Part shown: one piece after another, positions 33,767 to 40,000 of the stretch
How positions within the stretch are numbered: position 1 is the first letter of the stretch
Layout: each line of letters begins with the position of its first letter
Assembly (NCBI GenBank): GCA_017551505.1
Contig: JAFZLL010000038.1
Location: forward strand, 33,443-73,442
Direction of reading: 5' to 3'
Length of the DNA: 40,000 nt
Source: Eubacteriaceae bacterium
GTDB taxonomy: Bacteria; Bacillota; Clostridia; Eubacteriales; Anaerofustaceae
Translations under genes and position numbers: made by a program
The notes under the pieces: generated by a model
Database searches by the model: none
Seen by the model: the letters and a program-made list of their open reading frames with translations, nothing else
Told to the model about the DNA's origin: nothing

Positions 33767-34539
33767 TGTTCGAAAAACTGGTCTTCTACCTGCAGTACCC
33801 CTTTGTCAGATACGCGCTGGTCGTCGGCGTGCTGACCGCCCTGTGCTCTTCCCTGCTTGGCGTCACGCTCGTGCTCAAGCGGTTCTCATTTATCGGGGAC
33901 GGGCTGTCCCATGTGGCATTCGGCGTCATTGCGGTCGCCTCCGTATTGAAGCTTACGGATGATATGCTGCTGGTCCTGCCCGTTACGGCGGTCTGCGCGG
34001 TGCTCATCCTGCGCACCGGGCAGAAGGCAAAGATCAGCGGAGACGCCGCCATAGCCATGATATCCGTAGGCGCGATGGCATTCGGATATCTCATAATGAA
34101 TGTATTTTCGACATCGCCGAACCTGTCCGGCGATGTATGCAGCACGCTGTTCGGTTCCACATCCATCCTGACGCTGAGACGCAAAGATGTACGGTTATGT
34201 ATCGCTCTTTCGGTCCTTATCGTCGTGGCTTTCATAATGTTTTACAACAAGATATTCGCCGTTTCCTTCGATGAGGAGTTCTCAAGGTCTGCGGGCACGA
34301 AGGCGGATATGTACAACAACCTTATCGCCGTCATTACGGCAGCCGTCATAGTCCTGGCCATGAATCTGGTCGGATCGCTGCTGATATCCGCATTGATAGT
34401 TTTCCCCGCCCTGTCCGCAATGCGACTGTTCAAGAGCTTCAGAAGCGTAACGATATGCTCAGCTGTGCTGTCGGTAATCTGCGCCTTTCGGGCATCATCC
34501 TCTCCATACTTGCAGGGACTCCTGTCGGAGCCACGATAG
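33763..34539 (+). CDS. znuB: ZnuB-type metal ABC transporter permease; the 3' end appears frameshifted (an intact reading would end at 34610)
   Basis: ABC-3 family permease (LLGVTLVLKRFSFIGDGLSHVAFG). After ~34488 the conserved C-terminal TM (GIILSILAGTPVGATIVAADIAAYAACCLAGSL) is encoded in the -1 frame and ends at TGA 34608-34610, directly before a terminator. Confidence 0.8.
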   Translation: MMFEKLVFYLQYPFVRYALVVGVLTALCSSLLGVTLVLKRFSFIGDGLSHVAFGVIAVASVLKLTDDMLLVLPVTAVCAVLILRTGQKAKISGDAAIAMISVGAMAFGYLIMNVFSTSPNLSGDVCSTLFGSTSILTLRRKDVRLCIALSVLIVVAFIMFYNKIFAVSFDEEFSRSAGTKADMYNNLIAVITAAVIVLAMNLVGSLLISALIVFPALSAMRLFKSFRSVTICSAVLSVICAFRASSSPYLQGLLSEPR

Positions 34540-34610
34540 TTGCGGCTGATATAGCAGCTTATGCAGCCTGCTGTCTGGCAGGCAGTCTCACGGAAAAAAA
34601 CAGATACTGA

Positions 34611-34637
34611 AAAAAGCCGGATGAGGGATCCGGCTTT
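34611..34637. terminator. Bidirectional terminator (znu operon on + strand, tRNA-Lys on - strand)
   Basis: AAAAA-gccggat-gaggg-atccggc-TTT. A 7-bp stem, with the T-run better on the minus strand. Confidence 0.65.
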
Positions 34638-34652
34638 GCAACTGTCGAAACG

Positions 34653-34725
34653 TGACCCACTGGGGATTTGAACCCCAGACACCTTGATTAAAAGTCAAGT
34701 GCTCTACCACCTGAGCTAGTGGGTC
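34653..34725 (-). tRNA. tRNA-Lys (anticodon UUU), CCA not encoded
   Basis: Reverse complement GACCCAC-TA-GCTC-AGGTGGTA-GAGC-A-CTTGA-CTTTTAA-TCAAG-GTGTC-TGGGG-TTCAAAT-CCCCA-GTGGGTC-A. All four stems are perfect. Confidence 0.93.
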
Positions 34726-34740
34726 ATTTTTAGCTATATG

Positions 34741-34769
34741 ATTATATACGGCAGGCTTTTGACTGTCAA
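34741..34769 (-). promoter_or_regulatory. Consensus sigma-A promoter of tRNA-Lys
   Basis: The minus strand reads TTGACA (34769-34764), a 17-nt spacer, then TATAAT (34746-34741), 15 nt upstream of the tRNA. Confidence 0.7.
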
Positions 34770-34804
34770 GCTTTAGCGGCGCATTTGTAAAAATTCGGGC
34801 GCTG

Positions 34805-35992
34805 CTATTTATTGTACTTTTCCAGTGCACAGGCGATCACGTGCAATGCCCGTGAAAGGTCCTCCCCTTTCAGGCAGTAGCTGATGCGGACCTCATTCAG
34901 CCCGAGACCGGGGGTGGCGTAGAAATCCTTGGCCGGGCACAGCGTTACGGTGTCGCCGTCCAGGTCGTAGTCCGTAAGCAGCCAGCGCGCAAAATCTTCG
35001 CTGTTCTCTACAGGCAGGGAGGCGATAAGATAGAATGCACCGCACGGGCGGATAAAGCCGGCCCCGGGGATGGCCTTCATCCCCTCATAGAGGATATCCC
35101 TGCGTTTTTCATATTCGTCGTGGCAGTATCTGATGTAGTCATCTGCAGTATCGAAGAGGGCGGCGGCTCCTATCTGCTCGACAAGAGGCACGGAAAGCCT
35201 TGCCTGAGCAAGTTTCAGCGAGTTGGCTATTATGTCATGGTTTTTCGTCGCAAGACACCCGATGCGGATGCCGCAGCCGGAATACCTTTTGGAGACGCTG
35301 TCTATGACTATGAGCCTGTCGAGGATCCGGTCGTATCCGGAGAACGGAAGCCAGGTCTGTGAATAGACGTATTCGCGGTAAACCTCATCGGAGATTATGA
35401 ACAGATCCTTTTCGAGAGCGATATCAACGATCGTATCCATCTCTTCCTTTGTAAGGACAGTGCCGGTCGGGTTGTTGGGATTGGTGACCATGATGGCTTT
35501 TGTTTTGGGCGTTATCTTTTTCAATATCTCGGCTTTATCCGGGATGCGGAAACCGTCTTCAACGTGGCAGGTGACGGCGGAGATCTTCGCTCCCACCAGC
35601 TTGGCCAAAGAATTGTAGTTGGGGTAGAAGGGCTCGAAAGCGAGTATCTCATCTCCCTGATCGCATATGCACGCATAAGAGAACAGCAGTGCCTCGCTGC
35701 CCCCCGCGGTGATCAGTATATCATCTTCGCCGAAAGGCATATCCATCCTTGCATAGTAGCGGGTGAATGCGGATTTGAGCTCGTCTATGCCGTTCGAATC
35801 GGTATAGGCTATCACTTCGCTGTCAACGTTTCTTATGGCCTTATAGTATTCCTTCGGAGTATAGATATCGGGCTGGCCGATATTCAGGGGAATCACCCTT
35901 TTGCCGGCTTCAGCGGCAGCCCTCGCCAGCGGGGCAAGTTTCCTGATCGGGGATTCGTTGATGGACAGTACCTTATTAGACAGATTGATCAT
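34805..35992 (-). CDS. Class I/II pyridoxal-phosphate-dependent aminotransferase (AspC-like, 395 aa)
   Basis: ORF track. PLP-lysine motif SVSKRYSGCGIRIG, NPNNPTG motif and a GQPD-type N-terminus (LNIGQPDIYTP). Confidence 0.85.
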   Translation of the reverse strand: MINLSNKVLSINESPIRKLAPLARAAAEAGKRVIPLNIGQPDIYTPKEYYKAIRNVDSEVIAYTDSNGIDELKSAFTRYYARMDMPFGEDDILITAGGSEALLFSYACICDQGDEILAFEPFYPNYNSLAKLVGAKISAVTCHVEDGFRIPDKAEILKKITPKTKAIMVTNPNNPTGTVLTKEEMDTIVDIALEKDLFIISDEVYREYVYSQTWLPFSGYDRILDRLIVIDSVSKRYSGCGIRIGCLATKNHDIIANSLKLAQARLSVPLVEQIGAAALFDTADDYIRYCHDEYEKRRDILYEGMKAIPGAGFIRPCGAFYLIASLPVENSEDFARWLLTDYDLDGDTVTLCPAKDFYATPGLGLNEVRISYCLKGEDLSRALHVIACALEKYNK

Positions 35993-36289
35993 TATCCTCT
36001 CCGTGATATGAAAAATATGCTGTTGTTTATAAGCGTTAGGTCGATTATAGAACAGAAGAGATGCAATTGCAACCGCCTGACGAAATACTGTAAACTTTTT
36101 TTCGAGAAAGCCTTTGATTTGTTAATCTTATGCGGAGTATTCCCTAATTATTAGAATACAGTATAATATTTCCGCCTTATTTTGGGAACGGCTGTGTATC
36201 ACCTTCCGAAAGCAGGCACATGCCGCCTTGCTGTTTTTTCACCGTTAGTGTATAATAAGTAATCAAAATATCCCGAAAAGAGCGGTTTA

Positions 36290-37402
36290 ATGAAGAACAA
36301 GAGAACAGTTAAGGTAAAAAGAGGGAGAGGCCGGACAGCCGTCATCCTGGTTTTGGTATTATTCATCCTTGTAGGAGTGTTCGGGTACGGGACTCTCAGA
36401 AGCGGAATGCAGGCTCCGGGGTCATCCGAAGAGATAGTGCCCTTCGAAGTTGCCGAAGGCGACACCTACGGAGTGCTGGGCGAAAAGCTGGAAGCCGCCG
36501 GGTTCATCAAAAGCGCCTTTATCTACAAGGTCTACCTGAAAACGCTGAAAAACCTCGGCACGCTCTATGCCGGATACTACCCGCTGAGCAGTTCAATGGA
36601 TCTGAAGACTGTGATCGGCACGATATCTAGCGGAAAGACCTATAATCCGTTCGCGTTCAACGTCACTTTCCCTGAAGGCTCGGACGTCCCTGATATCGCG
36701 CGTATAATCGCCAGGAACACCGATACCGGCGCGGACGCATTCATCTCCGCCATCAACGACAGGGAATTCCTGACGCGCATGATAGACAAATACTGGTTTT
36801 TGACCGATGAGATACTTGCGGAAGGCATATACTACCCGCTGGAAGGGTATCTGTTCCCGAATACCTACCAGCTGACAGGGAAAGACATGGCCCCGACAGA
36901 CATCGCCGAGATGATGCTCCAGCAGACAGACTCGGTCCTGACTGAGTACAAAAGCGCGATAGAAGCCTCAGGGCGGACCGTGCACCAGATCATGACCATG
37001 GCTTCCATCGTAGAGATGGAGGCCGGGAATGCTACCGACCGCGCCGGAGTAGCGGGCGTATTCTACAACAGGCTGAATTCAGGCTGGACGCTCGGCAGTG
37101 ATGTGACGTGCTATTACGGCATACAGGTGGATGTAAGCGAGAGAGACCTTTATCTGTCAGAGATAAACGCATACAATCCATATAATACCCGCTGCGCCCA
37201 GATGGCGGGAAAACTGCCTATAGGCCCTATAGCAAACCCCGGAAAGGATTCGATATATGCGACCATCAACCCGGCGGCTTCCGGTTACTATTATTTTGTA
37301 GCCGACAAAAACGGGAAAGTATACTACTCCGTGACGCTTAACGAACACAACGCGACTATACAAAGGCTGAAAAACGAAGGGCTCTGGTACGAGTACGAAT
37401 GA
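36290..37402 (+). CDS. mltG: Endolytic murein transglycosylase MltG (YceG family, 370 aa)
   Basis: N-terminal TM anchor, then YceG motifs (LEGYLFPNTYQL, ASIVEMEA, GVFYNRL, YNTR...GLPIGPIANPG). Confidence 0.88.
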   Translation: MKNKRTVKVKRGRGRTAVILVLVLFILVGVFGYGTLRSGMQAPGSSEEIVPFEVAEGDTYGVLGEKLEAAGFIKSAFIYKVYLKTLKNLGTLYAGYYPLSSSMDLKTVIGTISSGKTYNPFAFNVTFPEGSDVPDIARIIARNTDTGADAFISAINDREFLTRMIDKYWFLTDEILAEGIYYPLEGYLFPNTYQLTGKDMAPTDIAEMMLQQTDSVLTEYKSAIEASGRTVHQIMTMASIVEMEAGNATDRAGVAGVFYNRLNSGWTLGSDVTCYYGIQVDVSERDLYLSEINAYNPYNTRCAQMAGKLPIGPIANPGKDSIYATINPAASGYYYFVADKNGKVYYSVTLNEHNATIQRLKNEGLWYEYE

Positions 37403-37893
37403 GAGAGACACTGGAAATAGGCAAGATAACAGGGGCACACGGCATCGCAGGCGAGATCACGATCTTCCCTATCACAGACGATCCGGAAAGGCTTCTTAAA
37501 TTAAAATACTTTCTGGTAGACGGCAGAAGATACGAGGTGGACTCAGCACGGCCGCACAAAGGCACACTGCTTGTAAAATGCCCGGAGATAACCGACAGGA
37601 CCTCAGCGGAGAAGCTCAAAGGCAAATACGCCGAAGTCTTCAGAGAAGACGCCAGTCCCCTTAAAGAAGGGGAATACTATATCGAGGATCTTATCGGCAT
37701 GAGGATAATCGACGAAGCTGCAGGGAAAGAGGGGAAGGTAATAAATATCCTCTCGCCCGGCGCTGCCGATGTCCTTGAATACGAATCGGACGGAGATAAG
37801 TACCTTATGGCGATGGTAAAGGAAAATATCTGTGAGATCAACACGGAGGAGAGCTACATCAAGGCCGATTTCGGTGCGGGAGTCAAGGAATGA
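37399..37893 (+). CDS. rimM: 16S rRNA processing protein RimM (164 aa)
   Basis: IGKITGAHGIAGEITIFPITDDPERL, and a PRC-barrel C-terminus with EYYIEDLIGM. ATGA overlap with mltG. Confidence 0.9.
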   Translation: MRETLEIGKITGAHGIAGEITIFPITDDPERLLKLKYFLVDGRRYEVDSARPHKGTLLVKCPEITDRTSAEKLKGKYAEVFREDASPLKEGEYYIEDLIGMRIIDEAAGKEGKVINILSPGAADVLEYESDGDKYLMAMVKENICEINTEESYIKADFGAGVKE

Positions 37894-38591
37894 TATTCAA
37901 CGTTGCCACCCTTTACCCGGAGATCATCATCTCCTACAGGAAGACCGGGATAATAGGCAGGGGCGTACGGGACAAAGCCATAGAGATCAACGCATTCGAT
38001 ATCAGGGATTTTTCAGCAGATAAGCACAACCGTACCGATGATTATCCTTACGGTGGGGGCAACGGCATGGTGATGACTCCTCAGCCCGTCTGTGACTGCA
38101 TAGAGGCAATAAAGTGCGGCCGGGACGTTCCTGTGATCTTCTTCTCGCCTAGAGGCAAAAGACTCACGACACAGCTGGCAAAGGATTACGCCAAAAAGGA
38201 AGAGATGATCCTTCTCTGCGGCCATTACGAGGGAATAGATAAAAGAGCCCTGGACCTTACGGTAACGGAAGAGATATCCATCGGAGACTATATCGTCACT
38301 GGCGGGCATATCGCAGCGATGTGCTTTATCGACGCGGTTTCCCGTTATGTCCCGGGTGTGCTCGGCAAGACCGCAGGAGCCTACAGCGAAAGCTTTGAAA
38401 ACGGTCTTCTCGAATACGATCAGTACACACGTCCCCCGGAATTCAGAGGGATGAAAGTTCCGGAAGTGCTGCTGAGCGGCCACGCGGCCAACATTGCCAG
38501 ATATCAGAAACAGCAGAGCATCTCAATAACCGAGAGGCTTAGAGGCGACCTGATAGAGGAATACCTTAAGGAAAAGCAAAATAAAGGCTAA
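37890..38591 (+). CDS. trmD: tRNA (guanine37-N1)-methyltransferase TrmD (233 aa)
   Basis: DDYPYGGGNGMVM, LLCGHYEGIDKR, SIGDYIVTGG, LLSGHAANI. ATGA overlap with rimM. Confidence 0.93.
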   Translation: MIFNVATLYPEIIISYRKTGIIGRGVRDKAIEINAFDIRDFSADKHNRTDDYPYGGGNGMVMTPQPVCDCIEAIKCGRDVPVIFFSPRGKRLTTQLAKDYAKKEEMILLCGHYEGIDKRALDLTVTEEISIGDYIVTGGHIAAMCFIDAVSRYVPGVLGKTAGAYSESFENGLLEYDQYTRPPEFRGMKVPEVLLSGHAANIARYQKQQSISITERLRGDLIEEYLKEKQNKG

Positions 38592-38604
38592 ATATAAAAA
38601 AAAC

Positions 38605-38633
38605 TTGGCAAAACAGTTCAAGTGTGTTATACT
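38605..38633 (+). promoter_or_regulatory. Putative extended -10 promoter of rplS (leaves a ~70-nt leader)
   Basis: TTGGCA (38605-38610), a 17-nt spacer ending in TGt, then TATACT (38628-38633). Confidence 0.55.
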
Positions 38634-38709
38634 TTCATAGCAAAAACGGCGCTCCGCTGTAAATCGTTTCATCGATACAAGAACGCCCGGGACGGAAGGA
38701 GGAGCAACT

Positions 38710-39060
38710 ATGGATTTAATGAAGCTCGCGGAAGCAACTCCCGTTAAAGAAGGTATCCCCGAATTTAACGTCGGAGACACTGTCAGAGTAAGTGTCAAGG
38801 TCGTTGAAAACAAGAAGGAAAGGATACAGGTCTTTGAGGGCACGGTGATCAAGCGCCAGAACGGCGGTATAAAAGAGAATTTCACCGTCAGAAAGCTCTC
38901 ATCTGGAGTTGGCGTGGAAAGGACATTCCCGCTGCATTCACCTCGCGTAGACAAGGTTGAAGTCGTAAGAAGAGGCGATGTGAGAAGGGCTAAGCTTTAT
39001 TACCTGAGGGATAAGGTCGGCAAGGCCACCAAGGTCAAGGAAAAAGCGAGAAACAAATAA
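38710..39060 (+). CDS. rplS: 50S ribosomal protein L19 (116 aa)
   Basis: [46 protein letters not shown]...[11 protein letters not shown] is canonical L19. RBS GGAAGGAGGAG. Confidence 0.95.
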   Translation: MDLMKLAEATPVKEGIPEFNVGDTVRVSVKVVENKKERIQVFEGTVIKRQNGGIKENFTVRKLSSGVGVERTFPLHSPRVDKVEVVRRGDVRRAKLYYLRDKVGKATKVKEKARNK

Positions 39061-39078
39061 AACAGAAGCACTTAATAG

Positions 39079-39120
39079 CGGACTGTAATACACTTACTGT
39101 GTAAAGCAGTCCGTTTTTTA
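39079..39120 (+). terminator. Rho-independent terminator after rplS
   Basis: Stem cggactg (39079-39085) / cagtccg (39107-39113) followed by TTTTTTATT. The loop is long (21 nt). Confidence 0.65.
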
Positions 39121-39418
39121 TTAGGTGCTTTCACATCGGAGACGCCACAGCGCCTTGTGCAGCGTTCTCAGAAGATCAATAAACGCACTTCGAGAATCAC
39201 GGTTATTATCCTAGTGCATAAATAGCACACAGGAAAACTCTCCTTGATGTCAAAGGATACGGCGTTCAGGAATCCTGGGACAAGGCGGACACCTCGTCCC
39301 GCCGCCGTGCTGTTCAGCGTCGTATCGCGATCGGCACTGTTAAAGCAATTATACCTTGCCTTCTCCGACGATCATTTGGTGCCGAACGACACGCAAGACC
39401 AGGAAAGCCCATGCAATG

Positions 39419-39452
39419 AAAAAACCGCCGGGAGCCAGTCGGCTTCCGGCGG
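39419..39452 (-). terminator. Rho-independent terminator of the SDR gene
   Basis: 12-bp stem ccgccgggagcc / ggcttccggcgg (one mismatch) with a 4-nt loop. On the minus strand it is followed by TTTTTT (complement of the A-run 39419-39424). Confidence 0.75.
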
Positions 39453-39498
39453 ATCATGGTTTTGCCTCTTTACTTAGACTCAGACGCAACGGTCGCGT

Positions 39499-40000
39499 TT
39501 ATACGCAGGTATAGCCGCCGTCCACAGCCAAAATCTGGCCTGTGACGTAACTGGACTCCTCAGCGCCGAGGAAAACTGCGGCGGGATTGAGCTCGCCCCA
39601 GTTGCCGTAGCGGCCCATGGGGACGGTCTGCTTCGCAAAGTTCTGGAAGTACTCCGTATCCAATGTCTCTGTGGTCAGCTCCGTATAGAAGTAGCCCGGG
39701 CAGATGGCGTTGACGGTGATGCCGCATTTGGCCAGTTCTGCAGCGGCTCCCTTGGTGAAGTTGACCACGGCGCCTTTGGTGGCGTGGTAAGCAATAGTGG
39801 GGATGGCTGTGTTGCCCACCAGACCATAGATGGAAGCGATATTGATCACGCGGCCATAGGACTGTTTGCCAGCCTCGATGTTCTTCTTCATATATCCGGT
39901 AAAGAATTTGGTGACTTCAAAAACGGAAGTCAGATCCAGATTCAGTGTAAATTCCCAGTCTTCCTTCTTGTAATCCACCAAAGGAGTACCAGTGCCTCTT
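39499..40000 (-). CDS. Short-chain dehydrogenase/reductase (SDR) family oxidoreductase, C-terminal ~166 codons; gene continues past the right edge
   Basis: The track ORF 39499..39981 starts at an internal TTG, and the frame stays open to position 40000. Catalytic YHATKGAV (YxxxK), NIASIYG, and the C-terminal ITGQILAVDGGYT typical of classical SDRs. Confidence 0.85.
   Translation of the reverse strand, partial: RGTGTPLVDYKKEDWEFTLNLDLTSVFEVTKFFTGYMKKNIEAGKQSYGRVINIASIYGLVGNTAIPTIAYHATKGAVVNFTKGAAAELAKCGITVNAICPGYFYTELTTETLDTEYFQNFAKQTVPMGRYGNWGELNPAAVFLGAEESSYVTGQILAVDGGYTCV

Noticed and set aside
36211-36239. Terminator-like hairpin (agcaggc/gccttgct + TTTTTT) upstream of mltG, possibly ending a small RNA
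   Set aside because: There is no convincing promoter or gene upstream on the + strand. The TATAAT at 36162-36167 lacks a -35 or TG extension. The hairpin's 3' arm overlaps the likely -35 of the mltG promoter (TATAAT at 36251-36256). The evidence for an sRNA or attenuator is insufficient.
38634-38709. Possible L19 leader (autoregulatory RNA) upstream of rplS
   Set aside because: A ~70-nt leader exists downstream of a good promoter. I cannot recognise the conserved leader structure by eye, so a covariance-model scan is needed.
39121-39418. ~300-nt unassigned stretch with ORF 39244..39477 (77 aa) between rplS and the SDR gene
   Set aside because: The ORF starts at a non-ATG codon without an RBS and runs through the SDR terminator hairpin, and its translation has no motif. 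The opposite strand has an open stretch without a start codon. It may be a gene remnant, but nothing can be supported.
1-40000. Search for CRISPR arrays, IS elements, transposases, integrases, toxin-antitoxin pairs, rRNA genes
   Set aside because: No regularly spaced short repeats, no recognisable recombinase or transposase translations, and no rRNA-like sequence were seen on either strand. The only repeats found are those reported around 27.0-28.8 kb and 10.66/10.87 kb.

Overview
The window looks like a chromosomal segment of a ~50% GC anaerobic Firmicutes/Clostridia-like bacterium. That assignment is inferred from gene content (a SpoVB-type flippase, the mltG-rimM-trmD-rplS cluster) and GGAGG ribosome-binding sites. 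All calls come from reading the ORF track and sequence by eye; no database search was run.

Gene content, left to right:
- 1-7.8 kb, minus strand: an Opp/Dpp-type ABC importer (SBP-OppB-OppC-OppD-OppF). Three of its components are unusually large, and OppD carries a ~355-aa insert inside its ATPase domain.
- 8-10.6 kb: a beta-lactamase-fold/GNAT fusion protein, and an aldo-keto reductase with a C-terminal 4Fe-4S module.
- 10.9-14 kb: a cobalamin riboswitch with its terminator, followed by a BtuFCD-like importer. The binding-protein gene is split by an in-frame TAG.
- 14.3-16.4 kb: a 704-aa membrane protein with Rossmann-like modules and a RyR-like C-terminus.
- 16.5-21.3 kb: a methanogen-type homocysteine synthesis pair (COG1900/DUF39 plus NIL-ferredoxin), then pspC-domain, rsmA and a MOP flippase gene.
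- 21.4-28.7 kb: tRNA-Thr(GGU) and tRNA-Glu(CUC), followed by a mosaic variable region. It holds a short thymidylate-synthase-fold gene, a low-GC single-gene island (UvrD-type helicase with a nuclease-like insert and a Topo-type zinc ribbon), a URO-D family methyltransferase-like gene, and a low-GC AAA+/DUF4143 ATPase cassette.
- 28.8-31.2 kb: three membrane-protein genes (one 48-aa ORF is missing from the track) and a DUF937 gene.
- 31.5-34.6 kb: an operon under a Fur-family box, with a small Cys-rich membrane protein and ZnuABC. znuB looks frameshifted.
- 34.6-40 kb: tRNA-Lys(UUU), an aminotransferase, mltG-rimM-trmD, rplS, and a partial SDR gene at the right edge.

No CRISPR array, transposase, integrase or rRNA gene was seen.

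The best candidates for something new are the two low-GC single-gene NTPase/nuclease-fold islands downstream of the tRNAs. The AAA+ cassette stands out because it is bracketed by ~45-60 bp direct repeats whose flanking arms are swapped, as expected of attL/attR-like junctions. The domain-inserted Opp ATPase is the next most interesting.
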